Positions 38,616 through 51,310 of a stretch of DNA of 64,000 bases are shown here, one piece after another. Source of the DNA: Camelus dromedarius (lineage: Eukaryota); assembly GCF_036321535.1 (NCBI RefSeq), contig NC_087437.1, positions 78,308,001 to 78,372,000 of the forward strand, given 5' to 3'. Within the stretch, counting starts at the first letter, position 1, and each line of letters begins with the position of its first letter. A program made the position numbers and the translations under genes. The notes below the pieces were generated by a model that saw only the letters and a list, made by a program, of their open reading frames with translations, was not told the DNA's origin and ran no database searches.

Positions 38616-38707
38616 GGTGGGTGGGACTAGCTCAGGGGTAGAGCGCATGCTTAGCATGCACAAGGTCCTGGGTTCAATCCCCAGTACTGCCATTTAAAAA
38701 AGTAAAT
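38616..38707 (+). mobile_element. tRNA-Ala-derived SINE (Vic-1-like, camelid) with 13-bp TSD
   Basis: A box TAGCTCAGGGG, B box GGTTCAATCCC, TTAGCATGC anticodon-loop remnant, A-rich tail; AAATA(A/C)AGTGCTA at 38603-38615 and 38708-38720. Confidence 0.85.
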
Positions 38708-39619
38708 AAATACAGTGCTAAAAGAATGGTACATATGGAAGTGTCACAAGAGTTTAGTGGGAGATTGGCCACTTAGGGTTTCAGATGTTGGGGAAGGCTT
38801 CCCAGAATAAGTGATACTTCATCTTTGAATGAATAGCTGGACAGAAGGGAAAATGAAACCTCAGACCAAGAAAAGGCACTAACAGATGAATAGAGTTGAG
38901 GATGCATATTGAGTATTTGTGGGGGAATGAAAGAACAATCTTGTTAGAGGTCTATGGATGCAAGGAGTAAAGACCAATTAAAAATAGAAAAAGAAAAGGA
39001 AAACTGACGTCTGCAGGTCTTCAGCACCCAAGATGCCAGCTTTCTCTATCTCTGGGATCATGTAGACAGAAGAGGTCTCCTCTGCTTTCAGTGGATTTTT
39101 ATCAAACTGCTCTTTCTTTCTTTCTGTTCTTCCCTGTCACTATGATGAGGGCCAGCTCAGTCCCCACCTTACAGTACCTCATGCATACCTGTGTGGGGTG
39201 AAATGAAACACCCCATCCAGACGGCAGATTCTTGATGAATAATATAGGCATAATTCTTCATGCTCAAGTAAATTCAGAATTTCTATGTGCGTGTATGTGT
39301 GTGATGTATAATTTAACTAAGAAAGAGGACACAAATTTTGTTAGAATAACAACAGTAAAGTTCTTAAGGATTATAATGAAGAATTCCACGTTCCTGTTCT
39401 GCATATAAGGTGCATAGAAGTTGCCACTCGGTTCTAACAACAAGTTAAATGTTGAAGCATTTCATCTTGGATCCATAAAGGGAGAGGAGGATACAGGGCA
39501 TACCTTTGTCCGCAAGATTTTAGAGACAGACACGCAGATACAGGGAGTAGCAGTTTATCAGACCAGAGACTCAGGAACGGAAACCACTGTGGGAACAGTA
39601 CGTGGGTGGAATACCTGAA

Positions 39620-41185
39620 CGTTAATTGATGAATTGCTGGAGACTCAGTGTGGACAACTCTTGAAGGTTAAAAACTCCAGAGACACCCAGTCATAGGGAG
39701 ATCCCCACAATATTGTGAGATTTACCTCCAGGAACTCGACCAGATTCCCACGGTAAATACCGGAGAACAATCCCCATGTGCTTCCAGCAGGGGGATGGGA
39801 AAAGGCCTCTTTTTGAAATTACCCAGAGCATTCTGTTATTCTTAACAAGGTTCAACAATAAGAAAACTAATAAGAAAAAAATGGGTCAAAGACACCTCAC
39901 CAAAGAAGATATTGTATGAAATTAATAAACTGAAGCCTCAGTTAGAGTCAGAAGACCAGAGGGGGAGGCTCTTAAGCCTTGCAGTGATAGCAGAGCAGAG
40001 AAGGAGGAAGAGTTCTCGTCTTTCCTGACAATGACTCAGCCAATGAAAAGCCATGGACTCTGTTCACTATAGTCCTCCCAACTTCCTGCCTATAACAGCG
40101 TTCTCTTTTTCTTGCTGTGAAGGGACTTGCGTGTGGCTTGCCACGGCTGCAGACCCTGAATTTCAATTCGCTGCTAATCTCAAGTAAATTGATCTCTGCT
40201 GGAGGGGTATCTAGCAGTCTATTTAATAGTTTCAGGTCAACAATAAACAAATGGCAAATGGGCACATGAAAAAATGTTCCCCGTCATATGTCATCAAAGA
40301 AATGCAAATTAAAAGAACAGTGAGATACAATGCACACCTAATAGAACAGCCAACATTTGGAACTCTGACAACACCAAATGCTGGCGAGCATGTGGAGTAA
40401 CAGGACCTCTCATACGTTGCTGGTAGGAAAGCAAAACAGTCTAGCTACTTTGGAAGACAGTTTGACAGTTTCCTACAAAACTAAGCATACTGTTACCATA
40501 TGATCCAGAAATTGTGCTCCTTTGTATTTATCCAAAGGAATTGAAAACTCATGTCCACATAAAAACCTGCACATGGGTGTTTATAGCAGCTTTTTTCATA
40601 ATTGCTGAATCCTAGAAATAACCAAGATGTAGGTGAATGAATAAATAAACTGTGGTAAATCCAGATAATGGAATATTATTCAGTACTAAAAATAAATGAA
40701 CTATCAAGCCATGAAAAATCATGGAGGAAATTTATATGCATATTATTAAGTAAAAGAATCCAAGAGGGCTACATACTATATGATCCCAGCGACACGATTT
40801 TCTGGAAAAGACAAAACTGTGGAGACAATAGAAAAATCTTTGTGAAAACGGAGGAGGAGTTGGGGTACGTGGGCAGAAGACAAAGGATGTTTAGGGCAGT
40901 GAAAATACTCTGTATGATATTATAATGATGGATGTACATTATACAGTTGTCTAAACCCACAGAACATACACCAAGAGAGCTGTATGTGAACTAGGCACGT
41001 TGTGTGATTGTGAAGTCAGTGAAGGTTCATCCTTTTAAAAAATGTACCCATTCTTGTGATTAATGTTGATATTGGGCGAGGCTATGCAGGTCTGGGGACA
41101 TGAGATCCATGGGAAATCTCTGTACATTACTCTTTATTTTGTTATAAACCTAAAAATGCTTCAAAAATAGTAAAAAGGAAAAAAA
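39620..41185 (+). mobile_element. L1MB-type element: 5'-UTR-like block joined to ORF2 end/3' UTR, interrupted by an LTR
   Basis: 39850-39912 and 40243-41185 are continuous L1 ORF2 end and 3' UTR with A tail; 39620-39850 resembles L1M3/M4 5' end sequence. Confidence 0.7.
39913..40242 (+). mobile_element. 330-bp solo LTR nested in L1
   Basis: TG..CA termini, CCAAT (~40040), CCTATAA (~40089), AGTAAA polyA-like signal; splits L1 AAAGAAGATAT|ATAAACAAATGGC; imperfect 4-bp TSD ATAT/ATAA. Confidence 0.75.
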
Positions 41186-41410
41186 GAACTCTGATCAAAG
41201 TTAGGCCAATAAGAGGATATACAATTTCTTATATTTAGAGTTATAGGAATGATTTTTTAGAAGGAAATTAATCTATCTCAGTAACAGATGCGTTTGATAT
41301 GATTTTAAAGATCCTACAAAGAGTCAGCCACTGCCTGCAGTACTCTTGTTTCATCTTCTTTCTCCCTTAAGTCAACTGTCACTGTTCTCCCCTATTCTTA
41401 TCCCTTTCAG

Positions 41411-41446
<36 letters not shown>

Positions 41447-43479
41447 GGATCAGTGGCTAGGCTTCCAAGAAAAGTATACAGAGGCCCCTCTGGATAAAAT
41501 TTCCACAGATGGTTTCACAGCTGGAGTGGTGGGTGGGGTTGAGGAACAACAGTGCAGAGTATGCCTGTTTCACAGCAAAGGCTATGTGCAAGAAAAGTAC
41601 CCTGAAATGTATGTAGCTGAAGAATATTTATGCAGGAAGAAATAAGGATGCTCAATTAAATTTAATTAGCAAACATTTTATCAAATATATACTACTCACA
41701 AGGCACTGAGGCAATCACTTTGAAACCTTCCAATGGTTTTATATTTTCTTGCACTCATTCTTCTCTTCAAAATTAGTTGAAATTTTCTTCTTTACAGCAT
41801 ATAAAAGGAAGATAATATCTCCACTGAGAAGGGTTTTGGATCATTAACTAATTTGTGTTTATCCTGTAGGCAAAGGTGAGCCATTGAAGGATTTTGAACA
41901 CAGAGGACACTGAGGCAAAAAACAAAAACAAAAACAAGACAAAACAAAACCCACTGTGCTGAATATGTGATCTTATTGACAGGCATCCAGACTGGAAGCT
42001 CCAACCCATTGGACTGGAATTGTGAGGCTTGAGGGTTGACTGGGATTTTTAAAATGGAAAACAAGCATAGACTTGATTGGAACTAGGTGCTGAAATGATT
42101 TGTTCTTGGTGTTTGGCCACATGTCAGGCAGAAAGATATCAGACAGAATCAAGACCTGAGTGCGCAAGCAATAGGTCATTCTTTTAAAAGTATTTCCACA
42201 TTATATTGGGCTCTCTGTTTTTTCTTTATCAGCTGTTATCAGAACATCTATATGCTTTCCTTTATCTCTAAAGGCCATGGTCAATATTTTCCTGTGAATA
42301 TCTTTCTCCAAGTCTTTTCTACTAAACTGAAAATTCATTTCTCTTCAAGGGACTTCTTGCCCTCACAGAAGAACTTTTTTTAAAAAGGTATTTAAAATGT
42401 AAATTTTAAAATTTAAATTCTCCTTTACTTAGGATCTCTCCATCACTTGAAGTTACCCAAATTCTTTCTATCTTGTAGTCCAGGTGTCTTTAATAAGACA
42501 AGGTATTTAAACCAGTTAAATCATTCTCCAACCATGTTTATGTGAAAAATATCTTCAACTCATGTTATTATTCATCTGACAATTTTTAAGGCTCTTTCCA
42601 CCAAAACTTTGCTCTTTTCTGAAACTGTGAGGATACACGAGAAATAAACATCCCCTTTAAACCAAAAATAGGACAAGAAAATTGTCACTGTGCTGGTACA
42701 GAGTTGCCCACCTTCTAGTCTCCTGTGCCTTGAAATAACAACCATTCACCCACGGGCCATAAAGCGTTGACTGATTTCTTTCCATTAGACAGTGTGACCC
42801 TGGAAGTGTTTATTTAAACAAGGGAGGAACTTAAAAAAGCAAAAAGAATGTTTAATGACTTGTTTGAAGAAGCCAAAAAAGGCACTACTCATGGGTCAAA
42901 GATAGAGAGTGCAAGATTCTTGTGTGGTGTAGGGTCAGTTAAGGAGGAGGCAACTCATATTTAAGAGTCTGTCCCACGCCAGGGTTCACTTGGTGGTTCA
43001 CTTATTGGACTGTCTCATCTAACTCTCAGGGACACCTTCAAAATACTGGTTTTTATCATGGCTTAACAGATTACCTGTTTTTCTCTGGTTTAGTGTTAGG
43101 ATAAAGAAAAGAGCTAGTATTCCCCATATGTATTCTGTTCCAATACTTAAATATTTACTGTGTTCCCATATCCCCATGAATCATACACAGCCAAAATATA
43201 CTTCTCTATACAGTTTTCTTATATTCTTCCTAAAAACTTCTTAAAGACTAAAGATTCTATTTTTAAAGTTATTTTGGTTAAAAGAGAAAGCAAGGCAGAT
43301 GGCAACAGACAGGTGCATCTCAGACATTTATTTGTGTTCTGCGGATGCTATGAAGAAAAAGAGGTTCTATGAGAAATCTTCAATTAAAGTCTGTATTAAA
43401 TAGTATTAAACAAGTGAGACTTGGAGCTATTGATGCGATAACGTGTGTTGTGAATCTTCAAGGAGACAGGGTGGAGAAT

Positions 43480-43930
43480 TTAACAAAGTTACATAAGAGA
43501 TGTCCCATATCACCCACGAAGAATCCACTGGTATACGGCACAGAGAATACTCCCATCATCGACTTTGGTGAGCGAATGTTTTCTCATGTACAAATGTTCA
43601 GTAATGTATTTAGCTAATCTTTTATTGCGGGATATTTAGCTTATTTCCAAGGTTTTGGTATTTTGCATATCTCTACATGTACATTAGACATTTTAACGTG
43701 AATGTATGTGTGTTTGTGTGTGCTGTGTCTGTATGTATCTTTCCTTACTTTTCTGTAATTTCATTAATATAAATTCCTAAAAGTGATATTTCTGGGACAA
43801 AGGGCATGTATTGTTTTAATATATTGCAAAACTGCCTTCAGGAAATACTATTGCAATTTTTACTTCAACTAGGAGTATGTGATCAGCCCCTCAAATACCC
43901 ATCACCTCTTCCTATTCTATTTCTCTACAG
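43480..43930 (-). mobile_element. Old L1M(C/E) antisense fragment
   Basis: GGATATTTAGCTTATTTCCA..ATAAATTCCTAAAAGTG..TCTGGGACAAAGGGCATG..GCAAAACTGCCTTCA. Confidence 0.55.
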
Positions 43931-44067
43931 TTTTCATAACTTTATGTAATTTGCTAATTTAAGCAATACATATTTATTAATTTATAATGTAATATATTTT
44001 ATATATCACTTTATATTTAATTATACATACTTTATATATTATAATATATTATTTAATATGTACTTTA

Positions 44068-44500
44068 TAAGAACATGTACAAGTTATTACCCCCAAAAGA
44101 AATCTGAATAGCAAATAGGTATGGAAAAGATTTCCATCTCAACAACTCTCATAGGTAAAAAAATTAAAATAATATATATTTAACAATAATATAACAATTA
44201 TATATAGTGATATAGAACCTAGATTTACTATTATTATTGATATATCATATCTTATTATATGTTATATACATAAAGCATAATATACTCTAACTTTGATATA
44301 TACTTTAAAATATAAAATATATATGCAATATATTTAATATATAAAGTATATAATTATATTTTATAATAAATATGTTATAAATTAATTTTTATATGTTCTT
44401 TTAATTTTCTTATCTATGAAAATTGGTGAGATGGAAATCTTTTCTATACTTATCTGCCACTCAGATTTCTTCCTGGGATAATAACCTATACATATTCTTA
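44068..44500. repeat. 110-bp inverted repeat (44068-44177 / 44391-44500) with ~213-bp AT-rich spacer
   Basis: Hand alignment of arm 1 to the reverse complement of arm 2 is ungapped with about 19 mismatches, including exact GAAAAGATTTCCATCTCA. Confidence 0.92.
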
Positions 44501-44578
44501 TTTTTTTTATAAGAAACTCTGCCTTTGAAAAAAATGACTTGTAAGTATCTTTGTAAATTAAGGATATTTAAATTTTAA

Positions 44579-44868
44579 ATTTTTTTTGTTGGAGTATAGT
44601 CAGTTACAGTGTGTCAATTTCTGGTATGCAGCATAGTGCCCCAGTCATGCATATATAGACATACATTTATTTTCATATTATTTTTCATTAAAGGTTATTA
44701 TAAGATATTGAATAGAGTTCCCTGAGCTATATAGAAGAAACTTCTTTTTTAAAATCTATTTATACATATAATGGCTAACATTTGCAAATCTCAAACTCCC
44801 AAATGTATCCCTTCCCACCCCTTTTCCTCCGGTAACCATAAGATTGTTTACTATGTCTGCAAGTCTGA
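44579..44868 (-). mobile_element. L1 3' end (camelid-type)
   Basis: T-run then TTGGAGTATAGTCAGTTACAGTGTGTCAATTTCTGGT; antisense of the 11569-11975 family. Confidence 0.85.
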
Positions 44869-45439
44869 TATTAGTCATATAGTCATTGTTATTGTTGCAT
44901 ATACTTTTCAGAGTTTATTTTTTCCCTTCTCAGGCCTATCAAACATAATGTACCAACTCAGGTCAGAGCATCATTTATGTAATTCTTCAATGGGCAAAGT
45001 CTACTTTTTCATGTGACCATGAAATTTGGTTTGAGTTTACCAAAGACATATCACAGTGAACAGTATCCCAATCTACAGGCTCAAAAGGTAATCAATTCCA
45101 AATTAATTTCTGTGTTCTTATATTGCAGTCTTATTGTTGCTGGAGTGAAGCTAAACATCCTGGATCAACACTGTAAAAACACCAAACGTTTATATAGAAC
45201 TGTATGTTTTCAACACTTAGACAAACATTATCTCAGGCATCATAGCAATGATGCACATACACAGTGAATGGCCATTGATAATCCAGCTCTCATTATCCTC
45301 TTCCATCCTTTTTTAACATGCTCATAATTTTCCATTTCTTGAAAACATATGCCCTTTCCAGTCTTTAAATCAATGTTCCCTCTGTTAGGAGTGCATGATA
45401 TCTCAAACCATATAAATATGAATAGTTAATTCCTATTCT

Positions 45440-45830
45440 GTTTCAAATGTCACCTTGATCTAGCTCTGCCCTGATTTTCTTAAGTGATTACCCTACTTTA
45501 AATTTGTAGCACAATGTACCTCTCCATTATAATATTAGAATATTGTGACTGTTTACTCCCTTACTCCATTGTAAATTCCTTGAGTACTGAGAAATTGACC
45601 ATTTGTGCCTATCATTGTATCCCAGAGACTACACACTGAGCCTAACACAGGGTAAACATTCAAAAATATTTATGGAAGAATGGATATGTGCCTTATTATT
45701 ATACTAATTTTACAGATAGACATTAAGACTCATCAAAGCAAATGTCTTTCTAATTAATGATTATACAACCAGTAACTAGGGCACCTGAGATTTAAATACC
45801 TGCACAGTGGTTCTAAGTTCTATGTCTTTC
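45440..45830. mobile_element. L2 3' end followed by antisense MIR fragment
   Basis: TGTAAATTCCTTGAG..CATTGTATCCCAG..CATTCAAAAATATTT (L2); TTTTACAGAT..GAGATTTAAATACC (MIR). Confidence 0.5.
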
Positions 45831-46439
45831 TCACTTTATAGACCTCCTGATATTTTCCATTACCTGCTATTTTTTTCCAATCTTTCTTTTCTCTTTGTCA
45901 AACTTCAATATGGTCAGTTATGGAATGTAGTGAAAGGTGTCATTACTGAGAGTCCAAGGTCAAACATGAGGGAAAAATGTTGGATTAAGTCATCAATCCT
46001 TCCAAAAAGAAGCAACAAACTATTTTTTAGAATGTTTTCTATCAAACCCCCAAATCCTCAAGTTTGTTTTTTGTTTGTTTATTTATTTAACCAAGGTGTA
46101 AGAGTTGGATTAAATTTTATTAGAAATACATTTGCTTCAGTTTTTCATAATTCTCTGGAGCCAACTCTCTATGGCATAGTGGTCTCTTCCTCCCAACTTC
46201 CCTCCCTTCCTTCCTCCCTCCCTCTCTTCCTTCCTTTTTCTTTCTTTCTTTCTTGCTTTATCTCTCTCTCTCTCTCTCCTCTTCTTCACATCTAATAATT
46301 ATTTTATGCATTACATAAACTTACTTTCTGTATCTTTCCATTTGGAAATATAGAGCCTAGCATATCATAGTTTATACTTTATTAATGCTAGAAATGTCAT
46401 ACTTGCAACAAACTTGACAATGTCCTATTAGGAAAATGC

Positions 46440-46634
46440 ATATATAAAATAAACAACAAGTTTATATCGTATGGCACAGGGAACTATATTCATTATCTTT
46501 TAGTAATCTATAATGAAAAAGAATATAAAAAGGAATAAATATACGTATGTATATACATGACTGATACATTATGCTGTACACCAGAAATGGATACAACACT
46601 ATAAACTGACTATACGTCAATAAAAAAATAATAA
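46440..46634 (+). mobile_element. L1 3' end (camelid-type)
   Basis: GCACAGGGAACTATATTCA..CATTATGCTGTACACCAGAAAT..AAACTGACTATACGTCAATAAAAAAA. Confidence 0.85.
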
Positions 46635-49600
46635 ATTCAGTAGGGCTGAGAGAGATGGTAAAATAAGGACAGAAAAAAGTAGTTTACTAAGATGAAAAAC
46701 AATTGGGGTAACCTGATTTAGGTATAGTATCTGACCCCAAAGTTCACGTGCCCAGCTGTACTATGGAGGCTGATATTAAAGTCTCTGACCTGGGATATGA
46801 CTTTAATCAGTGGTGGCTTCATGTTGGAGGAGTTCATGATAATAGAAGCCATTTATGTGGCATCTGTCTTTTTATATCAAGCTATGGGAGCAGCAAACAT
46901 GCAGGTAAGGGGAAGTAGCAAGAAATAAGAAGGATTCCATACATACAGGCTTTATTTTGGCCATTAACTTAGGGATTAGATGTTGGAAGGAATGAACTTA
47001 TAACAAAGGAGACGTTAGTGCATTACTTTTGGCTAACTGAGCAATAAGGGCTTGTCCTCAACAGCAAGAGAGCAGCAGACAGAGCTGGGATCCCTGAATC
47101 CAGAATGAAGGATTTCACTCATTTCTTCCCGCTTCAGTCAAACACTGAAGGAAAGGGAAAGCCCTAGGGCATTGTAAACATCCCACTGAATGTTTCATTC
47201 TTTAAAAGCTGATATTTCCTCTCATTGGAAAGCCCTGAGAAATGTCATCAGAAGCTAAGAGAAGAAAGAAGAAAAGCAATGATTTCAAAAGTTTAATAAA
47301 CAGAATCCAAATAGAACCAATGCAGGGAAACTTTATTTAAATATTTATTTAGTTGTTTGTTTTACTTACTCATTTTTTAAAGAATTGAGACCAGACTGGA
47401 AATTGGAAACTTCCAAGGATCGGTGTATTGTAGATGCTACAGAAGCCTCGCTTCATTGGTCTCCACACACCCAAAGATCTGTGCTCTGGGTGGATGAAAA
47501 TTATAGTAACTTTAGAGAAGTATGTTTTTCATTTTAGAAATCCATTATTAAACTACACTATCAAGAATAGCAAACAGTACTCATCATTCCAGAGTTACTT
47601 TTGTCTCCTTTACTGACCTCTGTAACATTTGCCTCACTTCTGAGTGCATTTTTGTGTTCATATCAGATGTAACTATCTTTAATTTTTCAATTCGGTTTTG
47701 CTGCACAGAGAGATATAAGATACAGGACATTGTCTTGATACTGCTTCCTAACACATACTGTCCTGGCATGACACGGCAGCTAAATCCTGTCACCCAAGAT
47801 TCTTCTACCCATTTACTGTACGGTTAGTGGCATTCATATAGAAAAAGAAGATTATTAAGTGTTTATAACTTTCAGAATATGAACACACTCAAGATTTCAA
47901 GATTCAGAAAGATGAGCTGTGCTCCCAGACTCTTGAGAATACGGCGTATCTGACCATCAGAATTATGAAGTTAGTCTCTATGTTTCAACTTCATTCTATA
48001 AAGTGAGAGCAGTAAGTAAAATTTTGGTAAGTGTTACAGCTTACTATCAATGGGGTTATTGGAAATTCTCGGTAGAGTTGTGACCCACACTTTGACAAGA
48101 GAGATTAGGGGAGCACAGCGCCATTCATGGCTGTGGAGGATCTGCGTTTACATGTATTCACAGGATTATTCAGTCTCCTTAGAATGCTCCCAGCCTGCTC
48201 TCTGACACTTACCTCTCACTTTCCTTTCCCGATCGTCCTTGCTCAGGATTCTGATGATGCTGGGTTCCCTGCCACCAACATGGGACTAGAAGAGAGAAAT
48301 ATGTGACACTAAAGTGTCAATGACCCCGAGTGTTTGCCAGTGAGGGACTGTTTCATTTGAAGGAGTATGACAAGAGAGGGCACTGCTCTATGCTACAAGA
48401 TTAGCCTAGAGTGGTAGACTTGCAGTCACACTGGCACCAGGTGGGAAAGGTCCTTCTCAGCAAGGAATTTTCTCTGCTCTGCACTGTAAGTACTACATAG
48501 TATTGATTACTATGGCTGACAGTAAGGCGGGTGCTGATACAAAGCCAGCTGCCTTATTAAGAATAAGTGTGTTTGTGTTTCAGAAATTGATTTGGCACAT
48601 TGTAGACAGCAAATAAACTGATCCACTACATGTTGAAAATATGATGTCATTGAAAACACAATTTGATACACTCTTTAAAAATAATTTTTCTTCTGAGGTT
48701 TTCACTTCTGACTTCAGGTATTATGTGAATCACTAAATTTTGAAGTCAGAAGTCAGCTATAACTTCTAGAGTTCCCTTAGACCAACATGATAGTAAGCAA
48801 TTTTATTTTGGCATTGCTGCGATTGATCAAGTCAACAACATAGTCTTGTTGCAAATGGGATTTACCCCTGGGTAATTAATCCCCCCAGAGCTGTTAGTCT
48901 TCATTATTGGCCAAAATAATTGCTAAACAAAGATGAGCAACCTAGGGCCTGTTGTGCCATCGAACTTTTGAGTGTTCTAAGTATACCAATGCCCCTCTCT
49001 ACTTTTCATTTACTGCCTGGGAGAGGCACATTAGGGTTATATGTTGCCCAAAGTGGAATATTTAATAGTCTGCCCACCAGGCATAAGAAAAAATATTTGA
49101 AATAAATAACTCCATCAGGGGAAAGGCTGGTAAGCGGATATAGTGTATGTGGATTTATGCCTGTGGCAGCAGGAACTAAACACAATTTTTGGTATTTTTA
49201 GAGGAGCATGGCCCATTAAATGAGCTCAGCTGGTCAAAACTTCATGCCTTACCAAGCTGGTGGGATTTGAATCATGTCTTAGACTCTGATTACTTTTCAA
49301 TACTTAGAACTGAATACTATTCAGAGGTACTTTGCCATGAGTAACCCATAAATATGCATGCTCCCAGATGAAACTTACAGAGAAGGAATAACATCAGACA
49401 GATGATTGTGCATAAACTTCAGGGCAGACCAAGTGGGCATGAATATCTGGCTTAAACAGAACATTATCACTGTTCGACAGCTACCTAGTCAGCTGGTAAA
49501 GAGGATGCAATTGATCAGTGTCTTGCGTCCCCATTTATCCTGCTCCCCATTGATCAGGTGGAGTAGTCTTCTATATTTCATGAACCTAGGGATATAAATT

Positions 49601-50504
49601 ATGTACCTTAAGAAACTTGGGAGTAGCAGGCAGTCTAAGGGAACAATCAGATTGAGGACATCAGTTATTCAACATAAGCAAACCTATTCCCATGACGACA
49701 GACAGTTGATTTGTTCCTCATACTGAAGACAGAGTATCCGGTGAAAGGGAAAACCAACCAGTTGTGTCAAGTATTCAGTTATCTCTGTATTCTACTGGCT
49801 CCAAACATCATTTATACTCTCATCGCATGAAAACCCCACCTCCTCGCTCAGACCTGGGAAGCAGTGTTCCTTTATGGTAGGTATCACATTGTAGGGGGGC
49901 CCACACTGTCCCACCTCTGGTCAGCCCCTCCCATGTAATGTGGACTTTGTGGAGCTGAGAGAACGCCTTCACTCAAAGCCTGAGCCTTCAAACTACGCTC
50001 CAGGTTTCGTCTGACATTTTTGCTCAAAGAGCTCTGAGTAAATTTCTAGGACATATGCATTCCCTTCACCAGCTGTGTTTTCCCAAAAATATTATGTTAG
50101 TGATGGAGAAAAACAAAGGTGAATTATTCAAGTTAATGGGGATTACAGGAAAAGGATGCAAAAATAAAAATATTTACGGAAAGGAGGGGGCAGTTTCACA
50201 GATGCAGGGAATTCGATTTATGTATTAAGAATCAGAAATGAAAGAATGCAAATAAAGCATATGCAATCATTTTAAGAAATGTTCTAAATGTCTAGGAGAA
50301 CCAGTCATTTACACACAAACTCACGGAATCACCTTTATTATCATCAACAACAACTTAACTGCAAATACCCCCAAATCTGACTAGATTCAGTCATCTCCTC
50401 TATGCAAATAGGTATGAAATGAAAGATACTGTTGTGGAATTATGAAGAGAAGATATTGTAAGTAAATAAATTACAAGTAATTATTTTTGGAAACAAACAA
50501 ACAA

Positions 50505-50957
50505 AAAATAGTGGCCCAAGACGTCTATATTTTAAACCCTGTAGTCTATGAATATGTTACTTTACATGAAAAAAAGAACTTTACAGATGTGATTAAGATT
50601 ATGGATTTAAGATGGGGAGATTATTGTGGCCCAGTATAATCACATGGGTTTTCAACAGCAGAGAACTTTTCTAGGCTATGGTCAGAGATGTTAAACAGAA
50701 GGAGGGCCACGGCTAACATTAATGATGGGGAAAAGGGCTCCAAAACATGGAATGCAGCAACCTCTAGAAATGGGAGAATGCAAAAAAAGTATTCTTTCTT
50801 ACAGACTCCAGAAACAAACGTGGTAAACACTTCGATGTTAGCCTCCTGAGACCTGCATCAGACTTCTAACCTACAGAAATGTAAGTCAATAAATGTGAAT
50901 TGTTCGAAACCCTTAAATCTGTGACAATTTACGATGCAGCAATAGAAAATCAGTAAC
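50505..50957 (+). mobile_element. ERVL-MaLR LTR (MLT1D-like)
   Basis: GAATATGTTAC..CAGATGTGATTAAG..AGATGGGGAGATTAT..CAGACTTCTAACCTACAGAA..AATAAAT..GCAGCAATAGAAAA. Confidence 0.75.
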
Positions 50958-51099
50958 TTTATCAAGAAGTTATCACTCATCAACAAAGGGGACAGTGAAA
51001 ACATTTTTGGACATTCTTTGTCTTAGAAACTACTGCAAAAACCACAGGACAAAGTGCTTAATCCAATCACAGAAAGATGAATATAAATAGAGAGTAATT

Positions 51100-51310
51100 A
51101 TAATAGCTGCCATTTGTTAAGTGTTATTTATGATGTGCCAGGCATATGATGAATGTTTCAGATACATTAGTTTATATAATATAAAAACATCCCTAAGAGG
51201 CAGTTGTTTTTAATCTCATTTTATACATAAAGGAATTTAATCTCAGAGACCGAAGGTCACACAACTAGTAATTAGAGAACATACAATGTCAATCTGTATC
51301 TGTCTGACAG
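51100..51310 (-). mobile_element. MIR fragment
   Basis: TGTGCCAGGCA..CTCATTTTATACATAAAGGAA..AAGGTCACACAACTAGTAA. Confidence 0.6.

Noticed and set aside
38616..38700. Possible tRNA-Ala(AGC) gene (also at 61440-61511, minus strand)
   Set aside because: The acceptor stem does not pair well and it has an A-rich tail and TSD; it is a tRNA-derived SINE.
41346..41645. 99-aa ORF containing a strong polypyrimidine tract plus AG (41444-41445), resembling an exon start
   Set aside because: The pyrimidine tract is a simple poly-T run, the peptide is unrecognised and there are no partner exons. Spliced RNA-seq reads would be needed.
45807..46295. Longest ORF in the track (162 aa)
   Set aside because: GTG start within a MIR remnant, ends in CT-rich low-complexity sequence, F/L/S-biased with no recognisable domain.
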